Origin: Nostoc sp. DedSLP01
Lineage (GTDB): Bacteria; Cyanobacteriota; Cyanobacteriia; Cyanobacteriales; Nostocaceae
Length of the DNA stretch: 64,000 nt
Assembly (NCBI GenBank): GCA_034530875.2
Contig: JAVRCJ020000037.1
Location: forward strand, 1 to 64,000
Direction: 5' to 3'
In this document: in pieces, positions 20,301-30,402 of the stretch
Position numbering within the stretch: position 1 is the stretch's first letter
Layout: every line of letters begins with the position of its first letter
Notes under the pieces: generated by a model
Told to the model about the DNA's origin: nothing
Seen by the model: the letters and a program-made list of their open reading frames with translations, nothing else
The model's database searches: none
Translations under genes and position numbers: made by a program

Positions 20301-22912
20301 CCGCTTTCCCCGATGATGCAGATTTAGTGAGAATGAATGCCGAAAGTTTTCTTGGCGTTCCTCTCACCAGTTCCTCCGGCGACATCATCGGCCATCTAGC
20401 AGTGATAGACATTAAACCAATGCAGCCCGATCCTGGGCGAGAACTGATTGTCAAAATTTTTGCTGCCCGTGCTGGTGCCGAATTGGAACGCAAACAAGCA
20501 GAAGCCGCACTCCAACGCAGTGAATTAAAGTTTCGCACGATTGTGGAAAATGTTAACGATGTGCTATTTGTTATCAATCCCGATGGGGTTTTCAACTATA
20601 TTTCTCCCAACATTTTGAAGACTACCGGATTTGCCCCTAGCGAAATCGAGGGTAATTCCTTGGCATTATTTACTCATCCCGATGATGTGCCAAAATGCGT
20701 AGAAGTCGCCCAAACAGTCTTGGCAACAGGTGAGGGAATTTCAAATAGTGAGTTTCGTGGCAGACATCGTAATGGCGGTTGGGTTTGGCAAACTGCGAAT
20801 GTCGCCCGCACGCAAGATGCCCAAGGTAACTTTCAGATTGTCGGCGTAGCCCGCGATATTAGCGATCGCAAAAAAGCAGAAGCCGCCTTGGAACGTCGTA
20901 CTCAAGCCGAAACTTTACTCAGCAGTATTTCTCGGCAATTCATCGACCAAGATTTAGAAACAGCAATTAATTTTACACTGCGAGCGATCGCTCAATTTAT
21001 TAATGCCGAACACAGTTGTATTTTTGAATGCTCCAGCGATCGAAAAGAATTTTACCTGATTCATGAATGGTGCTGTGAAAATGTTCCACCATTAATTGAT
21101 ATTGCCAGAGGTTCGCCGGTGGAAGCTTTCCCTTATTTCTACGAGCCGATTCTGCGTGGCAAACATCGCCAAATCTCTCGCGTGGAAGAACTACCGCCCC
21201 ATCTCCCTGAGCGAAAACTGTTTGAAACCATGTCGTTTCAATCTTTACTTGCTGTGCCGATGGTTCATGCTGGCAGAGTCGTTGGGTTTGTTGGTGCAGC
21301 GATGATTCACTCCTCGAAAACCTGGAACCAAGAAGATATTAATCTCTTGAAACTCGTAGGTGAAATAATAGCGATCGGTCGAGCTAGACATCAAGCAGAA
21401 GAAGCCTTGAGAATTGCCAAAGAAGCCGCCGAAACTGCCAACCGAGCCAAAAGCGCTTTCCTGGCAAACATGAGTCACGAACTCCGCACCCCGTTAAATG
21501 CGATTCTCGGTTTTTCGCAATTAATGGAACGAGATACCAGCCTCAACTCCAATCAGCGTGAATCTTTGGCTACCATTAACCGTAGTGGAGAACACTTACT
21601 AAATTTAATTAACGATGTCTTGGAAATGTCCAAGATTGAAGCCGGGCAAATCATTTACAACCCCGAAGACTTCGACTTATATCTCTTGTTGCAAACATTA
21701 CAAGACATGTTCCAAGTGCGGGCACAAGCCAAGCAATTATTCCTCAAATTTGAAATGTCCCCCGATCTCCCGCGTTACATCCAAACAGATGAAGGCAAAC
21801 TCCGCCAAGTCCTAATTAACCTTTTAGGTAATGCCGTCAAGTTTACCCAAACTGGTGGAGTCACCTTGCGAGCGAGGATGGCGGCTGGGGACTGGGAACT
21901 GGGGACTGACGGTAAGGTAACCAGAATAACTAATCCCCACTCCCCACTCCCTACTCCCCATTCCCTAGTTTTTGAAATCGAAGACACTGGACGGGGAATA
22001 GCACCAGAAGAAATGAATAATTTGTTTCAGCCTTTCGTACAGACATCAAGCGGTATCCAAACTAAGGAGGGGACAGGGCTAGGATTAACTATTAGCCGCC
22101 AGTTTGTGCGATTGTTGGGTGGTGACATTCACATTACTAGTACCGTTAGGCAAGGATCTACTTTTAGCTTTGACATCCAAGTGAATTTAGTTGCAGCCTT
22201 AAAAGCTACACCCAAGTTGAGTAAAGGACGCGTAATTAAGCTGGCATCAAACCAACCAGATTATCGGATTCTGGTAGTGGACGATCGCAAAGAAAATTGC
22301 GATTTAATCGTGCAACTGCTTGGTAGTGTTGGTTTTAATACCAAAATTGCTAATAACGGACAACAAGCGATCGCTATTTGGGAAAGTTGGCAACCCCACC
22401 TAATTTGGATGGATATGCGAATGCCTATCATCAACGGCTACGACGCAACTAAAGAAATTAGAGCCAGAGAGAAAAATACAGATATAAATCACCGCGCTGT
22501 AATTATTGCCCTAACTGCCAGTGCTTTTGAAGAACAACAAGCAAGTATCTTAGCCGCAGGTTGTGACGACTTAGTTCGCAAGCCATTCCGCGAACAGGTA
22601 ATTTTTGAAAAAATGGCTGAATATTTACATGTGGATTATATTTATGCAGAACAAACCAGTGACAATGCCATAGAGAAAAAGTCAGATAACGTTCAATCTT
22701 CTATCTTCAATCTTCACTCTGCAATTCAGGCGATGCCTGCTCAATGGATAGCACAATTAAATCAAGCAGCCATTGAAGTTGATGCAGAGCGAATTTTTCA
22801 ACTGATTGAGCAAATTGAGCCAAGTCAGTCTCAGTTGGCAGAAGAACTCACAAATTTAGTCCGTAACTTCTGCTTCGATGAAATTATCGACCTTACCCTA
22901 CAGATGGAATGA
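17363..22912 (+). CDS. Multi-PAS/GAF hybrid histidine kinase (ORF open from 17282)
   Basis: Many PAS units, two GAF-like domains, MSHELRTPL, DTGRG, GTGLGL and a receiver domain; GAGGAG precedes the ATG at 17363. Confidence 0.92.
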   Translation: MSKQQVKQLQTTLNKMEVTLDAIADAVVWVGENQLIQWCNSRFEVLVNQAHGSVGLSLTELLPLTQAGELIDFCCYPHIQLLNGEYQTTNYHFQQSDRILTLEISGSCLGLADEKCAILVIRDITEMKQTQESLQEINEQLQTLINATPDIICLKDGEGKWLLSNEANLEFLELQGVDYRGKTDSELAEFTNFYRDALLYCSETDEQSWQMGTVHRVEEIIPRPDGTTSSLDMIKAPLFHQDGRRKAMLVLGRDITDRKQTQIALENSLSLLNAIFESIQDGILVVDSSSNIATYNQKFLEMWSIPPELLSEPNHSVRLAYLANQLKDPDSFVRRVRELYQKPEVVSHDSLELADGRIFERYFFPQRIGEQIIGRVWSFRDVTQRQRAEEALRQNELQYRSIFEAINDGLFITEIETQKVAEVNPAAYQMHGYTYEEFISLHPFAYIHPDSHPIFHEFLGKTRAGEQFYGQAVDICKDGSLIDVEVKGTSCIYNGKRHVLAIVRDITSRKRTQEALRQSEAQYRDLVQTANCIILRWDNNGDIIYLNDFGQRLFGFDLDEITGRNVVGTIVPETETSGRDLQALMVDICENPEKYIFNENENLCKNGDRVWIVWANKPILDEQGNLIEILSVGTDATERKRTQAALQESELKFRSIVENANDLIFVLSAEGIFTYHSPNVTAIMGYTLEEIEGHSVVEFTKPEDLPTSAAALQKALAGEKLTNIEVRLRHKNGSWRWFNFNTSTIIASNGEIAIAGVGRDITERKQAEEALRRSEMKYRNIFENSQVGIFRTRPQDGLILDANDRGANILGFACASELIGQYSIADLYVNSSERALILKEIEQYGEVCNFELEMRRLDGSVVWLLLSLRLNSEESCLDCVFTDISDRKQQEQALRLIVEGTAAKTGDEFFNSCVRYLAEVLQVQYALVTQFNDEPKTKVKTLAFWCCGDIGENLEYDLRGTPCQHTLRGNLCHHSQGVQAAFPDDADLVRMNAESFLGVPLTSSSGDIIGHLAVIDIKPMQPDPGRELIVKIFAARAGAELERKQAEAALQRSELKFRTIVENVNDVLFVINPDGVFNYISPNILKTTGFAPSEIEGNSLALFTHPDDVPKCVEVAQTVLATGEGISNSEFRGRHRNGGWVWQTANVARTQDAQGNFQIVGVARDISDRKKAEAALERRTQAETLLSSISRQFIDQDLETAINFTLRAIAQFINAEHSCIFECSSDRKEFYLIHEWCCENVPPLIDIARGSPVEAFPYFYEPILRGKHRQISRVEELPPHLPERKLFETMSFQSLLAVPMVHAGRVVGFVGAAMIHSSKTWNQEDINLLKLVGEIIAIGRARHQAEEALRIAKEAAETANRAKSAFLANMSHELRTPLNAILGFSQLMERDTSLNSNQRESLATINRSGEHLLNLINDVLEMSKIEAGQIIYNPEDFDLYLLLQTLQDMFQVRAQAKQLFLKFEMSPDLPRYIQTDEGKLRQVLINLLGNAVKFTQTGGVTLRARMAAGDWELGTDGKVTRITNPHSPLPTPHSLVFEIEDTGRGIAPEEMNNLFQPFVQTSSGIQTKEGTGLGLTISRQFVRLLGGDIHITSTVRQGSTFSFDIQVNLVAALKATPKLSKGRVIKLASNQPDYRILVVDDRKENCDLIVQLLGSVGFNTKIANNGQQAIAIWESWQPHLIWMDMRMPIINGYDATKEIRAREKNTDINHRAVIIALTASAFEEQQASILAAGCDDLVRKPFREQVIFEKMAEYLHVDYIYAEQTSDNAIEKKSDNVQSSIFNLHSAIQAMPAQWIAQLNQAAIEVDAERIFQLIEQIEPSQSQLAEELTNLVRNFCFDEIIDLTLQME

Positions 22913-23035
22913 TACCGAGTTGCGTTCAAAAATATTAATTTTTGAAGTCAAGACCCTTATTAGCCATTTGTACTTTGCAAATATCAATCACAAAGTACAA
23001 ATGGTCAACAACCGTTACAAGTTGACGTACAACTT

Positions 23036-23170
23036 ATATCAAGTTCGGATGATTAGTTATGATTGCAGTCCTCGCGTTACCCCTCCCCAACCCTCCCCTT
23101 GCTAAGGGGAGGGTGCCGTAAGGCGGGTGGGGTGTTTCAGGATTTACAAGTAATTAAGCGAACTTGATAT
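23036..23170. mobile_element. MITE, near-identical to 54882-55016
   Basis: ATATCAAGTTCG ... CGAACTTGATAT inverted ends; internal CCCTCCCCTT...AAGGGGAGGG hairpin. Confidence 0.88.
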
Positions 23171-23184
23171 TATAGCTACACATA

Positions 23185-23321
23185 TAGCAGTCCGTTTTGA
23201 TTTCGAGAACTTACTTGCGTGGTACGCCAAGCACAGTGCAAGCGCGATACGTAGGGAACAGGGAACAGAAAAAAACGGATAGAGGCGCACCTAGCTTCCT
23301 AGAAATCAAATAGGACTCCTA
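23185..23321. mobile_element. MITE of the TA-targeting family (as 2180-2304); more degenerate copies near 24767-24863, 27025-27117 and 27637-27744
   Basis: TAGCAGTCCGTTTTGATTTC ... GAAATCAAATAGGACTCCTA flanked by TA. Confidence 0.75.
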
Positions 23322-23522
23322 TAGATTCAGAGAGTTTTGATAGGTACCAATGAAGTAATTGGATTTCTACTCACTATGAGCGTTTGAACAGGGCTTCGTT
23401 ACCTCAAATTACTGATAACTCACCAGAGGCTAAACGCCTGACTACCGCTAACAGCACTTTGCTATAAATGCACAACAACTTAGCAACGATGGAGTCTTTC
23501 TAATTCCACTACGGTCTAGTGT

Positions 23523-24131
23523 CTAGTTAGGTTTATAAATGTTGAGGGAACCAGAATTAGAAGTACTCAGATAAGCATAAGAAGACAGACCAGCAATTAC
23601 GTTAGTACCGCCTATAGTAATACTGCCTGTTGCTGTTGCGTCACGAGATGTACTTTTAGAGCGATAGTTTGATAGGTAGCCTGGGCCTCTATAGTGGCTA
23701 ACGGAGTTACTACGGTAATTATTACCTGTACCAGTCCAAGACAAGTTTACGTTTGCAGTCTGGGAGGTTCCCGAGTAGTAATCATAAAGTACGACACTGC
23801 CAGTCACAGAGGCAGATTGCAATGAATTGCTAATTGTGACGGTTGCGCTGTCACTAAAGCCATCACCATACGAATATGTTCCATTGCAGTAGTTGTAGGT
23901 ACTGTAACTGAGGTAAAGCCCTTTCAAGGAAGTTGGGGAACCTGGTGCCGATTTCTCAAGGTTGTTAAAAGCAGAAATGTAAACGTCGGTATAGCTGCAT
24001 TCATCAGATTGGTAGAAAGAAGCATAGGCATTTTCTCCCTTGACTTGGTACTTATAAGCGGCAGCTAAAGTTGGAGCAGCAGTTAGGCTCAGTACTGCCA
24101 AGGTGGTTGCAATTGCTGTTGCTGTTTTCAT
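23523..24131 (-). CDS. Secreted Ser/Tyr/Thr-rich hypothetical protein
   Basis: Signal peptide MKTATAIATTLAVLSLTAAPTLA after GGAG; beta-strand-like mature part with two Cys. Confidence 0.75.
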   Translation of the reverse strand: MKTATAIATTLAVLSLTAAPTLAAAYKYQVKGENAYASFYQSDECSYTDVYISAFNNLEKSAPGSPTSLKGLYLSYSTYNYCNGTYSYGDGFSDSATVTISNSLQSASVTGSVVLYDYYSGTSQTANVNLSWTGTGNNYRSNSVSHYRGPGYLSNYRSKSTSRDATATGSITIGGTNVIAGLSSYAYLSTSNSGSLNIYKPN

Positions 24132-24864
24132 CTTCGTTCTCCAAGAATGATTGTTTTGACAAAACATTAATTTTTTGTGCTGGACAAAATCACCGTCTGA
24201 TAAAAGACGGCATTTGCAGATTCCAGACTGATAGCGATCGCACTTCAGCCAGATAATTGATTACTTGTCAGAGAAGACAAATAATAATCTGAGGTAAAAA
24301 TTTTTCAGCATTGATTTAAGTACTTCTATTTATGTGAAGCACTTCATTTACTTTCGCACCAACCAGAATTAATGCAATATCAGGATGTACGTATGCCGTT
24401 TAATTTGCCTACGTTTATCTCAAAAGCAGTACATGAACATCCCGAACTCTAGCCATATTACGAGAAATTCTGGTGCTGATGAAAGTTTGTCAGACTATGC
24501 CTGAGACTATGTGTCAAACATAACAATTACCTTTTGGCTTGATATCATGTCAATCGTATATTTGCATACTACCATCAACATAATACCATAGTACAATCAA
24601 TTTAATCTTCTTTACAAGAGGATTAAACTGTCGGGACTCAGGATAAGAAATGATTTATAAAGTAGACCTTAAATTTGCAGTTGGGTTAAGCGTTGTTGTG
24701 AAGGCAGGGGGAGAAATTTTATAAGTTGCTAAATCGTCTCTCGATTCAGCAATGCCCCCTACTATATAAGACTCTTGCTTGATTTTGTTGTACTAAGTAC
24801 ACTTTTTTCCCGTTCTCCGTTCCCTGTCCCTACGAATAATTCAGCAATCAAATGGGATTACTAC

Positions 24865-25018
24865 CAATACAGTTCGGTTAACGTGTTTATTCCTAGAAGA
24901 TCCCCCAAACCCCCCGATAAATTTGGGGCTTACAACAAAAGGGGGGGCTTACAACCCTCTTCTACCTCCTTTTTAAGGGGGTCGCCGTAGGCGGGGGGAT
25001 CTTAACCGAACTGTATTG
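24865..25018. mobile_element. Nezha-like MITE with perfect 10-bp target duplication
   Basis: CAATACAGTTCGGTTAA ... TTAACCGAACTGTATTG flanked by GGATTACTAC (24855-24864 and 25019-25028). Confidence 0.9.
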
Positions 25019-25117
25019 GGATTACTACTATATATATAGAGCGATCGCCGCAGGGATTGAAATTCACGCAGAGTTTTTCCCGAAACCACACAACCAACCA
25101 GACAAAAGCGATCGACT

Positions 25118-26452
25118 CTAAACAGTTGCTACCACTTCCCCAATTTTGCTGATATCGTAGCCACCGAGAATTTCAAATTGTGAGTGAACCATCCGATGTC
25201 CCAAAGTACTAAGTAACTGCTGTACTGGGGCTTCTTCGAGATATTCCTTGAGGATCGCTAAGTCATATCTCGATTGATGTAGAGGGATAAATCCCAACCC
25301 AAAGGCTGTAGCTACAGATGCCGTACCCATACCTGCATCGGCAATTCCTAATGCTACTGCTTGGGCAACATCTTGGTGACTTTGAACAATATAGTCAAAA
25401 CCTCGGACATCATGAAACGGTATGCGTTGTTCTTCGAGTTTTTGTTCCAACAGTAAACGAGTACCAGCACCTGTTTCGCGGTTAACAAAACTCGCTCCCC
25501 GTTCCACTAAATCATTAACTGTTGTAATTCCCATCGGGTTACCAGGTTTGACTAAAAGTCCCTCTTCCCAGACACCCAGAGTAATCAAAACCGCTTCTCT
25601 TCCAGCCAAAACATCTCGAACAAAAGGAGTATTATACTCACCAGTTTTGGGATCGTATAGGTGCATTCCAGCAATGTGTGCCTCACCTCGGGATAAACCC
25701 TGCAATGCAGACATACTGTTAGCAAAGTTAAATTGCACTCGTAGCTGAGGATGCCAGCGTTCGGTGGCTCTAGCCCATAGCGAAATCACAGGCGCACAAC
25801 CAGCAATCACAACGGTGTTGTGCAGTGCTTCGAGATTATCATCCAACAGGCGAACTCGAACTTTATCTGTGTCAGTTTGATGCTGATTTTCTTCCTCCGA
25901 GTGAGGCTCGTTCCTCGCTACCGCTGACGCTAACGGTAGTTTGCTTGTGCCTGTTAACTCTTCCACCCTTACGGGTGACGCTCCTGCGTCGCTACCGCTT
26001 GCGCTAACGCCACTCCCTACAACGGGGAGCCACTGCGTTGGACGGGTTTCCCGGCTTGAAGCAAGTGGCGTGGGAACCCCTGCAACTGCTTCACCATCAG
26101 CGGGAATCATATCTTGGCGAAAAGCATCCTTGCCAATTAACGGATAAGCTACCCACTGTCCGCCCACACGAGCCAGACTGACTCGCGTCTGCTGTCCAGT
26201 TGGGACTGGTTTGGTAAGCACTGCTTCAATTTCAGGTAAATCTCGCTCTAACCAGAATAGATCTTCTACTTGACAGCCAAGTGCCTTTGCTAGGCGGAGC
26301 GTTATGGCCACTGAGGGAGCGTATAATCCAGACTCTACACCACTAATAGTTTGACGGGTAACATTAGCTAGGTTAGCCAAATCTTGCTGACTCATACCTA
26401 AGCGGGTTCTTATTGACTTCAAGTTGTTACGGAGATCGTTATCCTGCTTCAT
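25118..26452 (-). CDS. XRE-HTH plus molybdate-binding (PBP) regulator, VnfR-like, with in-frame repeat insertion
   Basis: GMSQQDLANLANVTRQTISGVESG HTH; SMSALQGL...AHIAGMHL, FVNRETGAGTRLLL, SHQDVAQAV...ADAG, GGYD. Confidence 0.85.
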   Translation of the reverse strand: MKQDNDLRNNLKSIRTRLGMSQQDLANLANVTRQTISGVESGLYAPSVAITLRLAKALGCQVEDLFWLERDLPEIEAVLTKPVPTGQQTRVSLARVGGQWVAYPLIGKDAFRQDMIPADGEAVAGVPTPLASSRETRPTQWLPVVGSGVSASGSDAGASPVRVEELTGTSKLPLASAVARNEPHSEEENQHQTDTDKVRVRLLDDNLEALHNTVVIAGCAPVISLWARATERWHPQLRVQFNFANSMSALQGLSRGEAHIAGMHLYDPKTGEYNTPFVRDVLAGREAVLITLGVWEEGLLVKPGNPMGITTVNDLVERGASFVNRETGAGTRLLLEQKLEEQRIPFHDVRGFDYIVQSHQDVAQAVALGIADAGMGTASVATAFGLGFIPLHQSRYDLAILKEYLEEAPVQQLLSTLGHRMVHSQFEILGGYDISKIGEVVATV

Positions 26453-27161
26453 TGGCTTGAGCTACTCTCGGTTTCAAAAAGCCGTAGCGGATTTAACTAA
26501 ATCTGCCAAGGCGAAAGCGCGGTCTTTAGAGTTTATATTATTCCTCTTGGAGAAGATTAACTGTGCTTTCGCTGTTTTGATTCCCTTTATTCAAAGAATA
26601 TCACACAATTTGCAAAATTCCTTGCCAAGCGCAATTTTTTTTGCTGAAGAATTTTGCGATCGCTGTTTATTGGCTCAAAACTCGTTCGTAGTAGCCAATC
26701 AAGGATTTATTTGATGTTTCAGTTTTACCAAAAAAAATGGTAAAAAGTAGCATAAAATACAGTTTTGCAAATTGGTTTAGGATTTGATGCTTGATAAGCG
26801 AGCGATCGCAAAATGCTGTTAGCAGTGGCAGGGCGTTGAGCTTGTGCAGAGTATAAGCCTAGTTGCTTTATTGCTTTGAGCAGTTAACGCTGTCCTAACA
26901 ACCTGATTAAAGCCATAAGGGATATACCACCAACCAACTTTGCTTTTTGGGGTCAATTGTACCTCAGTAAAAATTACCTTTTTTCCTTAAAGAAATATGC
27001 AGATATCTATTGCAAAATCGGCTAGAGAAATCCGATTTGATTGTTGAATTTATTTGCTTCCAGTAAAGAGTAGGGAAGTGTAGGGAGTTTTTTGGCGCAA
27101 TCAAATAGGAATTTTATCTTTATTGACCAAAGCGGGCAATAGATAAGAATCAGTTACAGTA

Positions 27162-27539
27162 ATGGAGAGAAGAATGATTACCGAAGAAGACTTAGCTCAA
27201 CAATTTAACGTAATTATCCAACACGCTCACCCACAGATATGGGAACTGCTACGTCAATGTTATGTAAAGGTGATTAATCCTAAACCTTACTTAACAAAAG
27301 CAAAGATGAAAACGTGTATCCGTCATACAAGGTACATTGCCATTTACTGTCCCGACAGACTCATGGATGCGGTGGTAGCAGAGAAAAACTTACTTGGAGA
27401 AGTAGCAGAATACGTTGGTTTAGTTGAGGTTGTTTGCTTGAATGCCAACAATTTGCTGCGCGATCCTCTGTCAAATCTCAAAAAAACTTATCCTCAGTTG
27501 TGGTTAGAGCTACTTTGGTTGATTACTCAAGAACAATAA
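27162..27539 (+). CDS. Hypothetical protein
   Basis: 125-aa ORF with normal composition and no competing frame. Confidence 0.7.
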   Translation: MERRMITEEDLAQQFNVIIQHAHPQIWELLRQCYVKVINPKPYLTKAKMKTCIRHTRYIAIYCPDRLMDAVVAEKNLLGEVAEYVGLVEVVCLNANNLLRDPLSNLKKTYPQLWLELLWLITQEQ

Positions 27540-27815
27540 CGGTAATTATAAGTAGACGGACATAATTAAATGTAAAATCCAAAGCAGTAAAACCTTTTAC
27601 TGTTGAGGGTATTACCTTCTGTCTGCTGCCTTCTACTGAGTAATCCAGTTTGATTTTTGAACTTATCGATATAGGTAGGGAGTGGAGAGTAGAGAATAGC
27701 GCAAATTGCACGGAGTCTTTTCAAAAATCAAATAGGATTTCTATGTGAGGGCTGAAATTTTCTGCAATCTTTGTGCAAACAATTGCTGTTGTATTTTATC
27801 GCTGGTGACAATCCT

Positions 27816-28172
27816 ATGAATAAATCTTGTCTACCTCCGGATGATATGCCTTCCAATCAAACAATAAGAGTAAGTGAATTACTATTCAGGCAACTTGAAG
27901 AAGCAACGAAAAAAAGCTTTTTCTTGGGCTGCGATAACATGACACGCATGTTGTTATGTAGCTGCCATTGGTATTTTCAAATCAATAGTGGCATTATGAC
28001 ATTGATTATGATTTGTCACGATATGGAAAGTTACCGCAACATTATGAAATGCGTTCCCCATTTTGCTGAAAAGTTAAAACAGTTTACCAACAGAGCGAGA
28101 ATTAGTGTTAGTTCTCCAATTGATAAAGGTATGCCGTGGATGCTCAGTATAGATAACATTTTACCTGAATGA
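27816..28172 (+). CDS. Hypothetical protein (ORF open from 27771)
   Basis: MNKSCLPPDDMP...; normal composition. Confidence 0.7.
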   Translation: MNKSCLPPDDMPSNQTIRVSELLFRQLEEATKKSFFLGCDNMTRMLLCSCHWYFQINSGIMTLIMICHDMESYRNIMKCVPHFAEKLKQFTNRARISVSSPIDKGMPWMLSIDNILPE

Positions 28173-28195
28173 CACTTGCCTAGTACCTGTTAAGG

Positions 28196-28301
28196 AAGGC
28201 AGGAGGCAGTTCTTGCTGGAGGCCGTTTTTGTAACGAGGATTTATACCCCGTGACAAAAACTTTGGACGAAGTACGGTTTTAGACCCGATTGTTTCGATA
28301 A
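28196..28301. repeat. Dispersed repeat; inverted copy at about 44089-44186
   Basis: GGAGGCCGTTTTTGTAA...AAAAACTTTGGACGAAGTACGGTTTT...GATTGTTTCGATAA is shared. Confidence 0.8.
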
Positions 28302-28476
28302 ATACAGCAGAATTCAAGAGTCAAAATTCAGAATTAGAATAGGCTTTATAGCTAGCTTTGAAGTCGAAATGATGACTTAACTCGCCTTGAAATCTGCTGT
28401 ACATTTTCAGGAAAGGGGCAAGAGGCAATTAATTTTTTACTATTTATTGCCTATTGCTTACCTCTAAAAACACGGT

Positions 28477-28641
28477 CTAATTATGAGACGCTTTGTCTTC
28501 ATTCACAGAAAGAGAACGAATTAACTCGCGAATGACATCGGTTGCTGGTCTCCCTGTCATTGAACAGTATTGCTCTAGCTTCTGCGCCTCTTCTGATGCA
28601 AGGTTGATGGTAAATCTTTTAACAGCCCATTTTTTATTCAT
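28477..28641 (-). CDS. CopG/ribbon-helix-helix transcriptional regulator
   Basis: KRFTINLASEEAQKLEQYCSMTGRPATDVIRELIRSL. Confidence 0.8.
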   Translation of the reverse strand: MNKKWAVKRFTINLASEEAQKLEQYCSMTGRPATDVIRELIRSLSVNEDKASHN

Positions 28642-28946
28642 GATTAGAAAAAATATATTTTGCAAGGACTTTTCTAATATCAGTTTTTTATGCTGTTACT
28701 ACAATGGTAGAATCAATGAAATTGCATTTAAGAAATAATGAAGCTAAATGGTATATTTCTCGCTCGATAATGAAGAAATAAATTTTATTTTGATATATGA
28801 AGTTTATTTAATTTAACTGTAACAATTATAAACACGGCATTAAGCAACTATTAAAAAATACTTATAATAGTTGAGTATTTACTGAATCAGACTTTTTACT
28901 ATTTGAGAAATTATTAGCGATCGCTCTCAATCCATCAGCAACAAAT

Positions 28947-29900
28947 TTATTGAACGTTACGATATTTTTGTTCTAGTTGTAAGGCGAGAATACAGCCAAT
29001 TAAACATAACAAGCCTACAGCGTAGCCAACGAAGACATCAGTAGGCCAGTGAACGCCTAAATAAAGTCGGCTAAAACCGATGGCAATAATTAAAATAGCG
29101 ATCGAAGCGATAATTTGCTTTTGGTATTGAGGAAATTGTTTTGCCAAAATATAGCCGATAAGACCGTAAATTACTAAAGATAGCATTGCATGACCGCTGG
29201 GAAAGCTGTGGTGGCCGACATCAATAATCCACTTCCACAGTGTTGGACGCGGCCTACCAAAAATTACTTTCAGTGAAAAAATTAAAGCCATTGAACTAAT
29301 GGTAGATATACCCAAAGTAGCTGCTTCCCATCGACGATTGTTATATAGCCAATTAGCTTGTACTCCTAAACTAATTAGTAGTAAAACTAATGGTTCACCA
29401 AAAAAAGTTGTACTCAGCATAAGTCGGTCTAGCAGGGGAGTGTGGAATTTTTGTATTGTTAGTAAAATCGTGCGGTCTAGACCGTATCTGTGTAATAATG
29501 CACTACAAAACGCTAGGGAAAAAATAGCCCCAGATAATTGAACAAGCTGATTGTTTACTGTATATATAGGTAAAGTTTTAGGGTTTTGGTTGATATCAAT
29601 TTTTCTAACAGGTAGTTTGATAATTTTTTTTGTGTAATCTAAGACAATATTTTGCAGAATTGAGGCGATCGCATTTGGACTAAAATCTTGATGAAAAATT
29701 ACAAGAACATTTCCTGTCAACTCGTTCGCGTGAAATTTGGTAATTTTTTGCTCCTGGGATAATCTGGATGTTATGTAGTTTTTCAGACTTTGTGAATATT
29801 TTAGTCCACTGACTTTATATCTAGCTCTGCCTTTCACAGCAGTGTGTACAGCTTGAATTAAAGCATTTTGCTCCAAAGAATGATTTAAATTAGCGTTCAT
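28947..29900 (-). CDS. PAP2 phosphatase with N-terminal HMA2-like domain
   Basis: KVIFGRPRP, SFPSGH, SRLYLGVHWPTDV; N-terminal VKGRARYKV...ANELTGNVLVIF. Confidence 0.88.
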   Translation of the reverse strand: MNANLNHSLEQNALIQAVHTAVKGRARYKVSGLKYSQSLKNYITSRLSQEQKITKFHANELTGNVLVIFHQDFSPNAIASILQNIVLDYTKKIIKLPVRKIDINQNPKTLPIYTVNNQLVQLSGAIFSLAFCSALLHRYGLDRTILLTIQKFHTPLLDRLMLSTTFFGEPLVLLLISLGVQANWLYNNRRWEAATLGISTISSMALIFSLKVIFGRPRPTLWKWIIDVGHHSFPSGHAMLSLVIYGLIGYILAKQFPQYQKQIIASIAILIIAIGFSRLYLGVHWPTDVFVGYAVGLLCLIGCILALQLEQKYRNVQ

Positions 29901-30402
29901 TTTTCTAAGTAATTTATTTTTGTAATAAAATATTTTACAGCGGTTTTCAGACCGCGAAACAATACTTTTGGGTTAAAGGGAAGAGGTTTAAATTCACCCT
30001 CACTTTTTTGGCTTTACCATTTTCCTAAACCAGGATAGAAGTTTTTGGTATCGTTTCTAAAAGTATCGACCGATGAAACACATTATTTCATTACAGGTAA
30101 AGCTAAAAGAAACAAGATTGTCGTCAAAATACATGAAAACTACTGTTATTATAAATCAATCAACTTGATGCTACGGACAAAAAGTTGAAATTACGTAGGT
30201 TAACTGAATAACCTAGAAACACTGAACGTTGCTTTAAGTAGGGTAACTGAATATTTGGCTAAACTGAAGCAAATATTCCTACAACCATTCTTACGCTAGA
30301 GCGATCGCTAGTTTAAGGGTGTTACACAAGGGTCTGGCGATCGTATGTAAAATTAATTTTAATTTAATATTTAGATTGTAAATCAAAATCTATTTTCTAA
30401 AA

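Noticed and set aside
23422..23462. attC-like integron site (GCTAAC/GTTAGC core; related sequence near 26808-26841)
   Set aside because: There is no paired inverse core, cassette array or integrase; it is better explained as a Nostoc small dispersed repeat.
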